A program made the translations under genes and the position numbers. From Marsupella aquatica (taxonomy: Eukaryota; Plantae; Marchantiophyta), in NCBI GenBank assembly GCA_973895155.1, contig OZ316891.1, forward strand, positions 30,821,112-30,885,111: a stretch of DNA of 64,000 nucleotides, written 5' to 3'. The first letter of the stretch is position 1. Each line of letters begins with the position of its first letter. Below are positions 1 through 11,854 of the stretch, piece after piece. The notes beneath the pieces were generated by a model. It had not been told where the DNA came from, did no database searches, and saw nothing but the letters and a program-made list of their open reading frames with translations.

Positions 1-290
1 TATATGGTATGAGGGCAGAATTGAAAGCACGATGGAGAATTCAAAGCGTGATGGGGGTTTCCTTCCCGCAACTAATAAGACTCCGTATTTCCCCTAAATT
101 CTACGTGTGGGGCAGTACAAGTTTCCGGTCACCACTTCACGAGTCATAAAGCAGTTACCCCAGCCCGGGAAAATGATTTCCCTCCTTCCCGGTACGGTAG
201 GGCACTGCCTTTCATCGCTGACCGAGACCCACCGCGAAGATCTGGGACGATGTGGACGGCGGAGATTCTCGGATGACGACGATCGGGGGG

Positions 291-502
291 TTTGAAAGGG
301 ACCAAAAGGGCCCCACCGAAACTGCCCCCTACTGTAGTAGTAGTCTAGTACTGCAGTAGTGGTCGCGAAGTGACCGTTGGGTTCGTCGTCCTTCGTTTTC
401 CGTGGTTCTCCTCTGGAAAGCTTTGGAGAATTGAATTCGAGGAATGGCACGAGTGTTCTGACGTTGCCTCTCGTCTCCCCTGGAAGAATGGTTTCCGTTG
501 AG
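291..502. promoter_or_regulatory. Putative G2/M cis-elements upstream of the NACK kinesin (MSA elements and CHR-like TTTGAA)
   Basis: TGACCGTTGGG at 371-381 is the reverse complement of CCCAACGGTCA, a full match to the MSA consensus YCYAACGGYYA. A second AACGG core lies on the minus strand at about 493-502. TTTGAA is at 291-296 (also TTCAAA at 40-45). NACK genes are known MYB3R/MSA targets. The TSS is unknown. Confidence 0.5.
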
Positions 503-673
503 CGGAGGGAGGGAATGTCGTGAATGATGAGCGTTCCAGTGCTGTGGGTTGATTCACAGCGGGGGAAATCGGAGCAATTTGGTCTGCTGAGAGAGAGAGG
601 GGGGGAAATGCGAGATCAGGAAGAATTGTAGGAGAAAGAATTGTAGAAGAATTGCACAGATTGGGAGGCAAGG

Positions 674-3600
674 ATGACGGTGGCTGTGCTCAGGACTCCT
701 GAGAAACTGAGGAGTGGTAGTACGAGGAGTGGCGGAGGAGGAGGGGGCGATGAGAGATCATTTAGCAGCACCGCGGAGAAACTGAAGAGCAGGGGAGGAT
801 TGGAAGAGAAAGCAAGTAGCGCAGCAGAGAAGTTGAAGAAAAAATTCGATGGAGTAGAGGAGAAAGCATTGAGTAGTACCGTAGAGAAATTCAAGAGCAG
901 GGCCGCGGTCGAAGAGCGACCATGTAACAGCATGGAGAGAGTGAAGAACAAGGTGTTCGGCGAACACGAGAAGGTGACGAGCTTCACTTCAACTACAACC
1001 CCAATGAAGAGCGGGGGAGGAGGGGGCGATGAGAGATCATTTAGCAGCACCGCGGAGAAACTGAAGAGCAGGGGAGGATTGGAAGAGAAAGCAAGTAGCG
1101 CAGCAGAGAAGTTGAAGAAAAAATTCGATGGAGTAGAGGAGAAAGCATTGAGTAGTACCGTAGAGAAATTCAAGAGCAGGGCCGCGGTCGAAGAGCGACC
1201 ATGTAACAGCATGGAGAGAGTGAAGAACAAGGTGTTCGGCGAACACGAGAAGGTGACGAGCTTCACTTCAACTACAACCCCAATGAAGAGCAGCAGCAAG
1301 GCGGGCGGGGGCGAAGAGAAAATTTTCGTCACGGTGCGAGTCAGGCCGTTGAGCAGCAAGGAATTGACGAAGGGAGATGTTGAGGACTGGGAGTGCCCGA
1401 ATGATCACACCGTCGCTTACAAGCATGCTCTACCTGATCGCTCGCCGTATCCTGCATTTTACTCTTTCGGTAAGTCTCTTCTCCAAAGTTGCACTAAAGT
1501 TGCACTGCTGCGCAATGCTGTCAGTTTCACACCAGAGTGAGCTGAAGTCTTGTCCGGGCAATTATCCTAATGCTTGCTTCAAAACCATCTGTATGGTGCC
1601 CACCATGTGTATAACAATTAAATTATATCGAGGATCGTTACGGAGAGCTAAGAAGACAGATGTACCCCACCTAAATGGTGCACATCGATGCACAGTGCAT
1701 CCGCGTGCGGGGTGGAGTATCAGAGCATTGAGTAAGCGATTAAGGTTTCTGCTCGTGATGTTCTACCAGACAGAGTTTTTGGACCGGATTGCCCTACTCA
1801 GCGTGTGTACGAAGACGGTGCGAAGGACGTAGCGCTCTCTTCCCTCACCGGATTGAATTGTGAGTTTGACTTCCATCTCATGACCTCCGTGTTGGGTTTT
1901 TGCATCTTTCATTTACTTCAATAGCAACAGCTCTGCCATATAGAAGACATGCGTTTTTCTGGGGCAGCTTAGGCTTCGAATCGAATTGTAGACTCAGGTG
2001 TTCTGCATTCATTCCTACACGGTTAGCTAAGAGTGTAGTTTACTGTGAGCAATGTCACCCATTCTCAGGAGTTTCTTCATCCATTGCTCTCGCTGCATCT
2101 GCTTTTTCTGTCGTTGCCGTTGCTTCCATTCCGCTGGATTCGTAAGTGTTCAAATCAGAAGAATCAACCGTTTTGCTGAGCACTCGTTCGCCATGTGCAA
2201 TACAGCCACCATCTTTGCTTATGGTCAAACGAGCAGTGGCAAAACGTTCACAATGAGAGGTGTCACAGAAACTGCTGTGCGAGACATTTACGAGTCCATT
2301 GGGAAGGTAAGCTACATAGGTGAACGTGAACTGCATTGAAGTTGTAGAAATGATCTTCCAAGTTCTTCTCCATTCTACTGTATCTCCCGTTAGTAAAACC
2401 AACGTCCGTATTCGACACTTAATCTGCAGAACGTCGAGAGGAACTTTATCCTGAAAGTGTCAGCTCTGGAGATCTACAACGAGATCGTAAAAGACCTTCT
2501 GAATCCTGAAAGTGGTCCCCTTCGACTGATGGATGATCCCGAAGTAAGTAGCTGATACTTTCGCTGGCCGTCTTTTGATTTCGGTTGGAAAAGGTTGCGA
2601 AGTCGTACGCCTAAATGAAGCTTTTGGACTGTTTTCTGCGGTTCGGGTGTTTGTATTTGATGAAACTTCTAAGATATTCCTATTTGCAGAGGGGAACTGT
2701 CGTTGAAAGATTGCAGGAAGAGATTGTGCGAGATGCATCACATCTCCGTCAAATCCTGGCCATCTGTGAAGGTGACGGACCTTAGCTTGCTGTCCCTTGC
2801 ATGAGTTACTTCATTGCATTTACGCCGGTCCTAGGTCTTCCTGGGCGTCCTGTCTGCAAAGGTTAGTTGGATAGTGTGGTGAAAAATAGATTGCAGGTAC
2901 TGTACACGAAGCTTTGCAGTACGTCGTCATTGTTGACGTCGTTATGTCTCTACTGTGTATCTCCTCACGAATAGAAATGTTACTATCTGAAATCTGATAT
3001 CAGTTCTGTGGTGCATTACCTTCAGCTCAAAGACAAGTTGGAGAGACATCGCTTAATGACAATTCATCACGGTCTCACCAAATTATAAGGCTGGTCAGTA
3101 GTTCAGGAGAGACTGCATTGCTCAGCTCATGAGATTGGTGCAGTTAATTTTCCACTTCTGCTCGCAAACTGCAGTTTTATCGAGGCGAGTAAAATGTTTG
3201 TTTCCAGTTTGGCGTTTCACACTGTGCTAGCGGACCTGATTACGATTTCCTTTTGCAGACTGTGGAAAGTTTTCCTCGCGGGTTGCCTCAAGGTGTGATC
3301 TCCAATGCTTTGGTTGCGAGCCTGGTAAGATATTCTGCACTTCTTAGCTGTCTTTATTAAGTGAGCAGTTCAGAGTTTTCGGTGCTAATGCTGCCTAAAA
3401 TATGACACGATGTGTGGATTGGAATGCATTTGCTTTGTGTTAGAAAGAATGAACAAATCTGAATGGGTTTGTGCACAGAATTTTGTGGACTTGGCGGGAA
3501 GCGAACGAGCTTCACAGACACTATCAGAAGGGACGAGGCTGAAGGAAGGAGGCCACATAAATCGCAGTCTGCTCACTCTCAGCACCTGTATCAGGAAGCT

Positions 3601-6600
3601 AAGGTGCGCTTACGGGTCTGCATTGCAACATTCCGAGAATATTCTTCCCTCCGCGCTGTGTATGCATCTCACCGATTTACAGAGCTGATCAAATTTCCCT
3701 GTCATACTTGCAGTGTAGGCGGTAAGACCAAGGGACATATCCCCTACAGAGATTCTAAACTGACCCGAATTCTACAACATTCGCTTGGAGGCAATGCTAG
3801 AACAGCCATAATTTGCACAATGAGTCCCGCACATGCCCACGTAGACCAGTCGAGGAACACTCTGTTCTTTGCCTCTCGAGCCAAAGAGGTCACCAACTCA
3901 GCCCATATAAACTTGGTACGTCGCCAAACCCAGCTGCTAAGTTCGTGCTAATGTGACCAGTGTGCATTGCGTCATGTAAGAAAAGAGTTCTTTGTCATAA
4001 TAAACGAGGAGCGAAACCAATTTGTTGTGGGGTTTTGCTCTGGCGGTGGTATAGGTGATCGACGATAAAGTCTTAGTGAAACAGCTGCAGAGGGAAGTTG
4101 CTAGGCTGGAAGCCTCACTACGAACTCCCAATTCTGTGGCTGGACCGAATGTCGAGGAGGCAAATGAAGCTCTTGTGTCATCCGAGGCTTTGTTGCAAGC
4201 AAAGGAGCAACAAATTCAGCAGGTCAATTCTCTATCACTCAGTATTCTGCTCAAGGCATTTGCCGTTGCGTAGACGGTCACCAGCTATAAACTGTAGTAG
4301 CGCAAATCTCGCATTCGCGCTATCTACAGCAGTGTGGACTCATCCGTTCGAATTTCCTTCGCTCATGAGCTTTCCTGGTTGCAGATGGCGGCGGAAATGG
4401 ACGAGCTTGTCAGGCAGCGAGATGCTGCCCAAGCACGATTGAATGAGGTCACGCAGAGAATGAAGGAAGCAGAGCAGGAAGCAGAGGAGCGAGTAAAAGA
4501 ACTCGAGAAAAAGACTATTGAGCTGGTTAGATTCAACATCTCGTTTCCCATGAAACTTCCCCCTCATGACGTCTTCGGGCTCTATCCAAGTTTTGGTTGC
4601 GATGTCTCGATTTTTAGCATTGAAAACTCAAAACGTGTTTGTTGGCTGTAGCCATGTTATCTTGTGTCCCGAAGCCCTCCGTTCCTTCTTATCTACGGCA
4701 GTCCGTTACACATTGTCCGGTCGTAGCGTTTGTTGAGGTTTTTTCCAGCATTGTAACTGGGAAGGGGGACATTCCATCTTTGCAGCAATCACTTGAACAT
4801 GAATCCGTTATTCTATCTTTGCAGCAACAACTGGAGAGCGAGACTCCTCGTGCCCATTTACCGAGAACTCCATCATGGGGCGGCCAGGATGATGCAGGTG
4901 CTAACAGCAGAGCACTAGTAATAGTTCCGGTGAGGAGGAATCTGTCGACAGATTTGATGACAGCAGATCCACAATTTCCACAACAACTCCCTGCTAATCC
5001 AAGGAGGACCTCGTTAAGACAGTCCAACTCAGCAGCGTCTCTCATGCTGGTGCAAGAGATTCGGAAGCTCGAGCATCTGCAGGACGAGCTAGGAGAGGAT
5101 GCAAGTCGAGCACTAGAAGCTCTTCAGAAGGAGGTAGAGTGCCTTCGCCTGGCTCAGGCAGGCATGAACCAGGATGCGGCTGCCACAATTAAGAAGCTGC
5201 AAGACGAAATTCGCAACATGCATGCGCTGCGAGCTACAAGCACAGGCAGAGCCGAAGCGGATGGTCCTGAGAAACCAGCTACTAACATTGTGAACCAGTC
5301 TTTGAACAAGTCTCTTAGGCAGGAGCTACTCCGGCTTCAAGCCATGGGTGAGAACGAGAGGATTGAGGCGAATTCTACAATTGCCACTCTGGAAGAACAG
5401 CTTGAAAGCGTGCAAAAGTCATTAGACAAGATGGTGCCCAATAACGACTCGCCTGATACTCAGCTCACAGCAGATGAGGAGGCTAAGACCCCAACTCGAC
5501 GGAAGAAAACGACTCCCTTGACCATGAGCAGTAGCAGTCGGCAACGCCTGTTGGCTGGGAGCCCCCCTTGTTCTCCAAAGAGCTCTCGTCGCGTTATAGA
5601 AAACAACGAGAACACACCACCACGTCTTCGCGATAATGCTTCTCCTCGGGTTGGCGAAAATACTACGTCGCCAGGCCCCAAACAAAAATTGACTCCTGGT
5701 AAACGGGGCGAAGACAGTCCAAACACAGTGGCTTCCAAGGAGGCCATGCATCGTCGAAGCTCATCTGTCGACATTAGGAAGATGCAGAACCTGTTCAAGA
5801 CTGCAGCCGAGGATAACATAAAGAGCATACGTGCGTATGTGACAGAACTCAAAGAGAGGGTTGCTAAGCTTCAGTACCAGAAGCAGTTACTGGTCTGTCA
5901 GGTAGAACCAAACAACCTTCCACACCTTTCCTTGTTAAGTTCTTACTACTGTTTATTCAAGGTTCTGCCGTTGCTTCACTTATGATTATGAAACAGTGGA
6001 GGGCTTTCTAACTACATTTGTTTGAGAAATTGGCAAATCTGAGAATTGTTTCCGGATGGGAGTACTCTCCGGCAGTGGGCTTGTAACTGACAAGAGAGTA
6101 CGGATTGATGTATTGTAGGTGTTAGAGCTGGAGGCGAATGGAGATGCCTTAAGCGAGGACGAAGCCGTAGAGGAGGAGGAAGTTCGCGTAGAGGTGGCCC
6201 CTGTAGTTCCCTGGTCACCCAGTGTATGGCGGCAACAGTTTGACAAGCAGAGGCGAACTATCGTAGAACTCTGGGACATCTGTCAAGTGTCCATTATTCA
6301 CAGGACACAGTTTTATCTTCTTTTCAAGGGTGATCCTGCCGACGCAATATACTTGGAGGTAGAACTTCGAAGGCTGAATTGGTTGCAGGACCAGTGTGCT
6401 ACGGCTGCTTTCGAAGCTGCTCACAGTGGCTATTACAGCGGCTATAACAGTGGCTACCAATCCACGGATGAGGCATCCACAACAAGTCCTTTGGCTGCAG
6501 GGTGTGTTTCCCTGTCCCATGGCATAGATGTCCTGCATTCTTAAATCTCACCACTAAAGCTTGTTAGTTGAACTATTGCATATATTCGTGTATCAGAACA

Positions 6601-7028
6601 ATACTTTTGCCAACCCTGAGGGCTGGTTTTGACTGCTAACGACCAATTCCTTGCTTTTGTGAGTTGGCTGACTTGTACATGAATGTGTTCACAGGGAAAA
6701 AAGCTTGAGACGAGAAAGAGACATGTTGGCCAAGCGTATGAGATCAAGGATGACCGCAGAGGAGCGAGAGCAACTATTTTCAGAGTGGGGTATTCCTTTA
6801 GATTGCAAGCAGCGCAAATCGCAGTTATGCAACAGGATCTGGACAGATCCATTTGATATGGAGCATGTTCAAGCGAGTGCAGAAGTGGTAGCTAGGATTG
6901 TTGGGTTTTGGGAACCAGGCAACACTGCATCGAAAGAAATGTTTGGACTCACCTTTGCACCACCAACCAATTCCAGAAACCCATTGCTTGCCGGGTGGAA
7001 TTCCATATCCACCCTTCTGAACTTTTGA
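674..7028 (+). CDS. NACK1: Kinesin-7, NACK1/HINKEL-like (NPK1-activating kinesin), about 1248 aa, 14 exons
   Basis: Exons (all GT-AG, phases consistent, total 3747 nt): 674-1469, 1770-1859, 2206-2306, 2430-2543, 2690-2771, 3026-3093, 3259-3324, 3479-3603, 3714-3915, 4055-4222, 4385-4525, 4825-5901, 6119-6501, 6695-7028. Motor motifs: [10 protein letters not shown]-loop [47 protein letters not shown]-type stalk [41 protein letters not shown] and a C-terminal DUF3490-like region ([28 protein letters not shown]). Confidence 0.93.
737..1291 (+). repeat. In-frame 279-bp tandem duplication in kinesin exon 1
   Basis: 737-1012 and 1016-1291 appear identical (period 279 nt = 93 codons). The ORF track shows the duplicated peptide. 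Confidence 0.95.
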
Positions 7029-7745
7029 CCCAATCTCTGAGCCTCTGGATAATAGTACATTCATTACCTCTCACAGCTAGAACCCTCCCACGTGCCACCC
7101 TTTCCAGTCTGACCCTCCGTGGGCAAAATCATGGCGTTTGCCGTGAAACGCTCGTGTTCATAATTCTTGGCAGGAAAATCTTAGTCGAAGTTGTTGTATA
7201 ATGCTGTGTACGGAAATTTTAGTTTAGAAGTGGATTATTTGATATCAGGTGATGGGTACATTTATTTGACTGTCCAATAAGGTGCATCCCCCCACTGTTA
7301 GTTCTTTAGCACGGGGACAGCTTAGCATTTAGTCCCGAACAATTTTGTTGTCTGTATCGTGAGATGTTTAGTGTAAAATAATAGAAAATCTATCACCCAC
7401 AGTCTGCGAATTTGCTATCCTAGTTTCTATGGAACGAAGTCATATGGTCTGTAATCATATCGATCGTGGGTATTGTACTAACATGATCCATGGTGGAAGA
7501 CCACATCAATTTGAAAATTCTCCTATCGTCGGAAGCTATTGCTGGATGCTAACGACTGGGAATGGCGGCACGAGCAGACACGTCCCAACTGCAAGCTTTT
7601 CTACTTCTCGAGAAACTCAAGAATTCGTGAGCTGTAATAGACAAATCTCAGAGAGAAACATGTCTGTCAGTACGAGCTCAACGCAGCAGTAGCGGTCCTC
7701 TTAAACGCTCACCACAGCAGACCACAGGGGACCACAGCATTTTTA

Positions 7746-7958
7746 GATGTACTGGAAACTTTTATGGTGATCCCTAACGCTACCTCACAAAGGTCCAATT
7801 CTCACTGATAGCTATAGCTCTTATGATGATTCCAAATTGATTCCTGGAATTGGATGTACTGGAAACTGTTATGGTGATCACTAACGCTATCTCACAAAGG
7901 TTCAATTCTCACTGATAGCTATAGCTCTTATGATGATTCCAAATTGATTCCTGGAATT
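7746..7958. repeat. 107-bp tandem duplication, 2 copies
   Basis: GATGTACTGGAAACT...GATTCCTGGAATT starts at 7746 and 7853, with a few substitutions. Confidence 0.9.
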
Positions 7959-8175
7959 CGTCAGTAGTGCCGATCAAGACTCCAGGACTCTCTGGCACAC
8001 ATACGTATTGTTTTCGCTGATTGAACAACAAGCCTGGGATTTACATCGAGACCAACCTGTCCATCCAACTCTTCATTTTCAGAGTCAGACCTCCATTCAT
8101 GAGACCTTGAGTCGTCGTTAGAGTACATCTGTAAATGTTTCACTTTGTCCACATTCTTTGTGACAGTCCAGAGAA

Positions 8176-8980
8176 ATTCACACATCAAGGACTTCATGTG
8201 TACTCACACATAGGTTTTCCTTGGAGATACCTCAGAGGCTCTAGAAAGAAGAAATTAAATGAAGCCACTACACTAAGTTTAATCTCAACAGTTCAGTGGG
8301 TTCACAGGTGAGAAAAGTGAGCTCAGAACATTGGTAGGTGTGGTGTTCATCCACTCCACACCTTCAAAAGATGCGTGAAATTTCTGTCTGTTCACACACG
8401 GGGTCCTGACCATTCACACATCAAGGACTTCAAATGTGTACTCACACGTAGGTTTTCCTTGGAGATACCTCAGAGGCTTTAGAAAGAAGAATTAAATGAA
8501 GCCAGTACACTAAGTTTAATCTCGACAGTTCAGTGGGTTCACAGGTGAGAAAAGTGAGCTCAGAACATTGGTAGGTGTGGTGGTCATCCACTCCACACCT
8601 TCAAAAGATGCGTGAAATATCTGTCTGTTCACACACGGGGTCCTGACCATTCCTTCACAGTTTCGAAGGCTCTCTTAAGTAACACCTATCTCACGACTAG
8701 AACTGAATTCTCTGAGGCTTTAATTTGCTTGTCGAGTCTCATCGGACTGCTTCAACTTGGGTTTCTATCGGGTAAGATGTAACGCCAAATCTTCCAGTGA
8801 AAGAAGCAACCGTGTATGGGAAGTGCACCTTGCGGACCTGGGTATGTGGTTCATCCACTCCACACGGTCAGAAGATGCATGAAAATTCCGTCTGCTCACA
8901 CATGGGGTTCTGGCACTTTTTAAGTTCACCTTTCCTTGACAATTCCGATTGCTCCCTTAAGTAACATCCTCTTGACGCTT
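8176..8980. repeat. About 236-bp tandem duplication plus a diverged partial third copy
   Basis: ATTCACACATCAAGGACTTCA...GGGTCCTGACCATT starts at 8176 and 8412. A related TCATCCACTCCACAC..AGATGC.TGAAAT segment occurs at about 8845-8910. Confidence 0.85.
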
Positions 8981-10296
8981 GAGCTTCCTGATTGAGTCTC
9001 ATAGACGTACTTTGCTACACCCCATCCAAGATACGTTTACTCCTTTCACTTGCTGCTTACGAGTAAAATTTTCAAGTGCAACCTTGCACTGATATATGTT
9101 CTGCCAACCAAAGGATTTACACAAATCGTGGGCCTACGAGGAAAACTACGTGGAAATCCGATTGTAGCTCAAAGGATTGCCAAATTGTTCTAAGAGCTGT
9201 AAATCCCCAGTTTGCTGTAAAACGTATCCCTGAGCCAGTTTCATGTGCCTTACTAAAACTCTCTAAAAAGATCAGAGATGGTAATGTGATAGTGATAACC
9301 AGTTACGCAAATGTTTTGAGGGAAAACATAATCAGTCCTTGAAAATATGGGTGCAGTCCGACTTAGAACCGGTTAATTTTATCCACGCTAGTCTCGAGTT
9401 GCATCTCGACCAGGAACTTGGCATAAAGACACAGAAAAACATATAAAAGACAAATAAATTCTGACAGTGCAGCCTTTCAAAACTAAAACGTTAACACGGT
9501 ATTTGTACGATACGAGGACCACATTGAAACTGCTAATGAGCTACTCACCTGGTAGATGGCGCTATTCTCGATCATGGAAGGGTCGCCACTCAGTTGATCA
9601 TGGAGAATGTTGTGGGACTGGATCGTGTGAAAGGCGGTGATGACTCATTAGAAAGAGGCACAGAGCTGCAGGAGAAGACAGGACTCTCAATACTAGGAAG
9701 AGCCCTCCAGTCTGACAATTAATAGGGGAGGAACAAAGTGGGTCTTCTTCTCCTGCCGATGAAAAAAATTAAAAAACATGAGAAGACCGAGTCAAAAAAG
9801 TCCTCACAGCTGTACCTTACGTTCTGGATCAAATTCTCTGCTTATTTTCTCGATTGAAGTGTAACCCCAGCGCCCAATCTGACGGAAAGTTGACGGTGTA
9901 AATGCAATAATTCAATAGCTAGGGTCGGCTTCATGCAGCCGACGAGGGATCAGTCGGAGGAAGGTGTCGAGCACGACTAATGATGTCTTAGTATGATGCA
10001 AATGTGCGTCACAAAGGTAAATTCAGCAACAAACCTCTTTGGGTGGTCCCATTCTCTCATCCTTAATGATTTCAACTTCCGTGGTCCCGCTCTTGAAATC
10101 TTTCGGTGACTGAGAGGGCGCATTGTCAAGCACCCTTTGATGGTTTTTAATTAGTGCTTGGGTCCCAATTGTTCATCTATTCGAATAAAATAATAAAAAC
10201 CGACAAGAACCAATTCCAGCTATAGCAAAGCCACGTACCAAAAATGGAACTTGGGTACTTTGAACTGCATTAGATATTAGTAAGAAAGTACAAATT

Positions 10297-10710
10297 CACA
10301 CAATCATGCACTTTAAGAAAGCACTGGGTGAAATGATGGGAAAACAGGCCTAGCTAGCCAAATTCTTCCATTGAAGGCTCCCAATGAGTTACTAATGAAA
10401 AAGTCCACACTACCAGAATGCTCCTACTAAGGTTACCAGCGAATAGATAACTGGTACGAAAGTCTGAAGTCTACCCTTGCAGCTTTCTACAGTACCTCTC
10501 TACACCTAACGCATAAACTAGAAATAAGTTGGCCTCTAGAATAGGCCCTTTAAATATAGACACACAATCATGCAACAGAGAAGGCAATGGGTCAAGGGAT
10601 GGCAAGACAGGGTTCGCTAGCAAACTTCTTCCATTGAAGGCTCTCAATGAGTTTATTGGCGAGAAAGTCTATACTACCGACATCTTTCCTACCAAGCTTA
10701 CTATTCAATG
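10297..10710. repeat. Old diverged direct duplication (offset about 264 bp)
   Basis: CACACAATCATGCA...TTCTTCCATTGAAGGCTC.CAATGAGTT...AAAGTC.A.ACTACC occurs at 10297 and 10561. Confidence 0.7.
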
Positions 10711-11694
10711 ACCGTAAGACAGTCTATTCTGGCAAATTTCTACACACTACTTATTGACCATCCTTGTCTAGGAAACCTACAGTAGCAAACTAGAGCCTGG
10801 TAAAAGAAACTCACTCATTACCAAGGCGGGTTTGCAAGATATGGGGGCCATTATTGTCTTTTCTATTTCATTTGAAGTTAAATGTGGACCGGCTGCAGTT
10901 TGCTTTACATAAACTCAGGTATGGTGTCAAGAGCTCCTACATGGCAAGGACTGGGCCCAAGTATCTGCTGATGTGGAGTGCCTATTTTGTCTAGAGGTTT
11001 AGACCACCTCCACATATTTTTAGCGGCTGAATTTGCCACATTTGGGGAATTTTGTGAGGCTTCTTGTCTCACATTAGCTTGTTTCCCACAGAGCCACAAA
11101 GCCCGTTAGCCAATCTGGTGGTCAAAATCTAGGAAGATCTAATGGGCATATTTTAATCTAGGAAAATTAGATAAGGAGTATTCTTTGCATCTTCTCCTTT
11201 ATAAAATGTGACATTCACCGCCTTGGCCAAGTAGAAAAAATCTTTAAAATAATTCTGGCCCAAACCTTTGCAAACTATGGCTCCTTCATACAAGGGATTT
11301 GTATTTATTAAAGTTCATTTCACAAGATTTTTGGTCTGGAACCTAAAATCAGAGCAAGATGTGGCCCTGTAATTTGCTTTGGTGCAACAAGTCAAAGTGC
11401 CTGCAATGTCTTGGAAAGCCACCCTGACAATGAGGCACTAAGCAAATTACTTTCACAAGCAAAATGCAATGAATCAGTCTATTGTCTATCATCCTCTCAA
11501 TTTCATGTAGAACTTGGCCTCTTGTCCATCATTTTCTCCATCTTATGCAAAACTCTATCTCTTACGTTTTTCAAAATCTGGTCTTTTGTCTATTATCATC
11601 TCCTTTTTATGCACAACTCACATGTTTTTTCAGTATCTGGTCTCCTGTCTATCATCCTCACCATTTTATATATAACTCTATAGGGTGTCTTAAA

Positions 11695-11854
11695 GAGGGA
11701 TTTGCTTGATCAAACCCCAAAATGAATTGCTTTACTTGATAGGACCCCTGAAGTTTTTGGTATATTCATTCAAGGTCAATCAACGGTCTGGATCACTCAA
11801 GGGTCCTACCCAAGTAACACGTTTCATTTTGGGGTCTGATTAAGCACATCCCAC
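11695..11854. mobile_element. Mutator-like MITE (fold-back), copy 1
   Basis: TIRs GAGGGATTTGCTTGATCAAACCCCAAAATGAA / TTCATTTTGGGGTCTGATTAAGCACATCCCAC; 10-bp TSD GTGTCTTAAA (11685-11694, 11855-11864). Confidence 0.8.

Noticed and set aside
616-1359. 247-aa minus-strand ORF and twin 69-aa ORFs
   Set aside because: Antisense shadows of the duplicated kinesin exon 1; low complexity and no independent signal.
4639-4824. N-terminal part of the 448-aa ORF as coding sequence
   Set aside because: It lies in kinesin intron 11; the open frame upstream of the acceptors at 4785/4824 is fortuitous.
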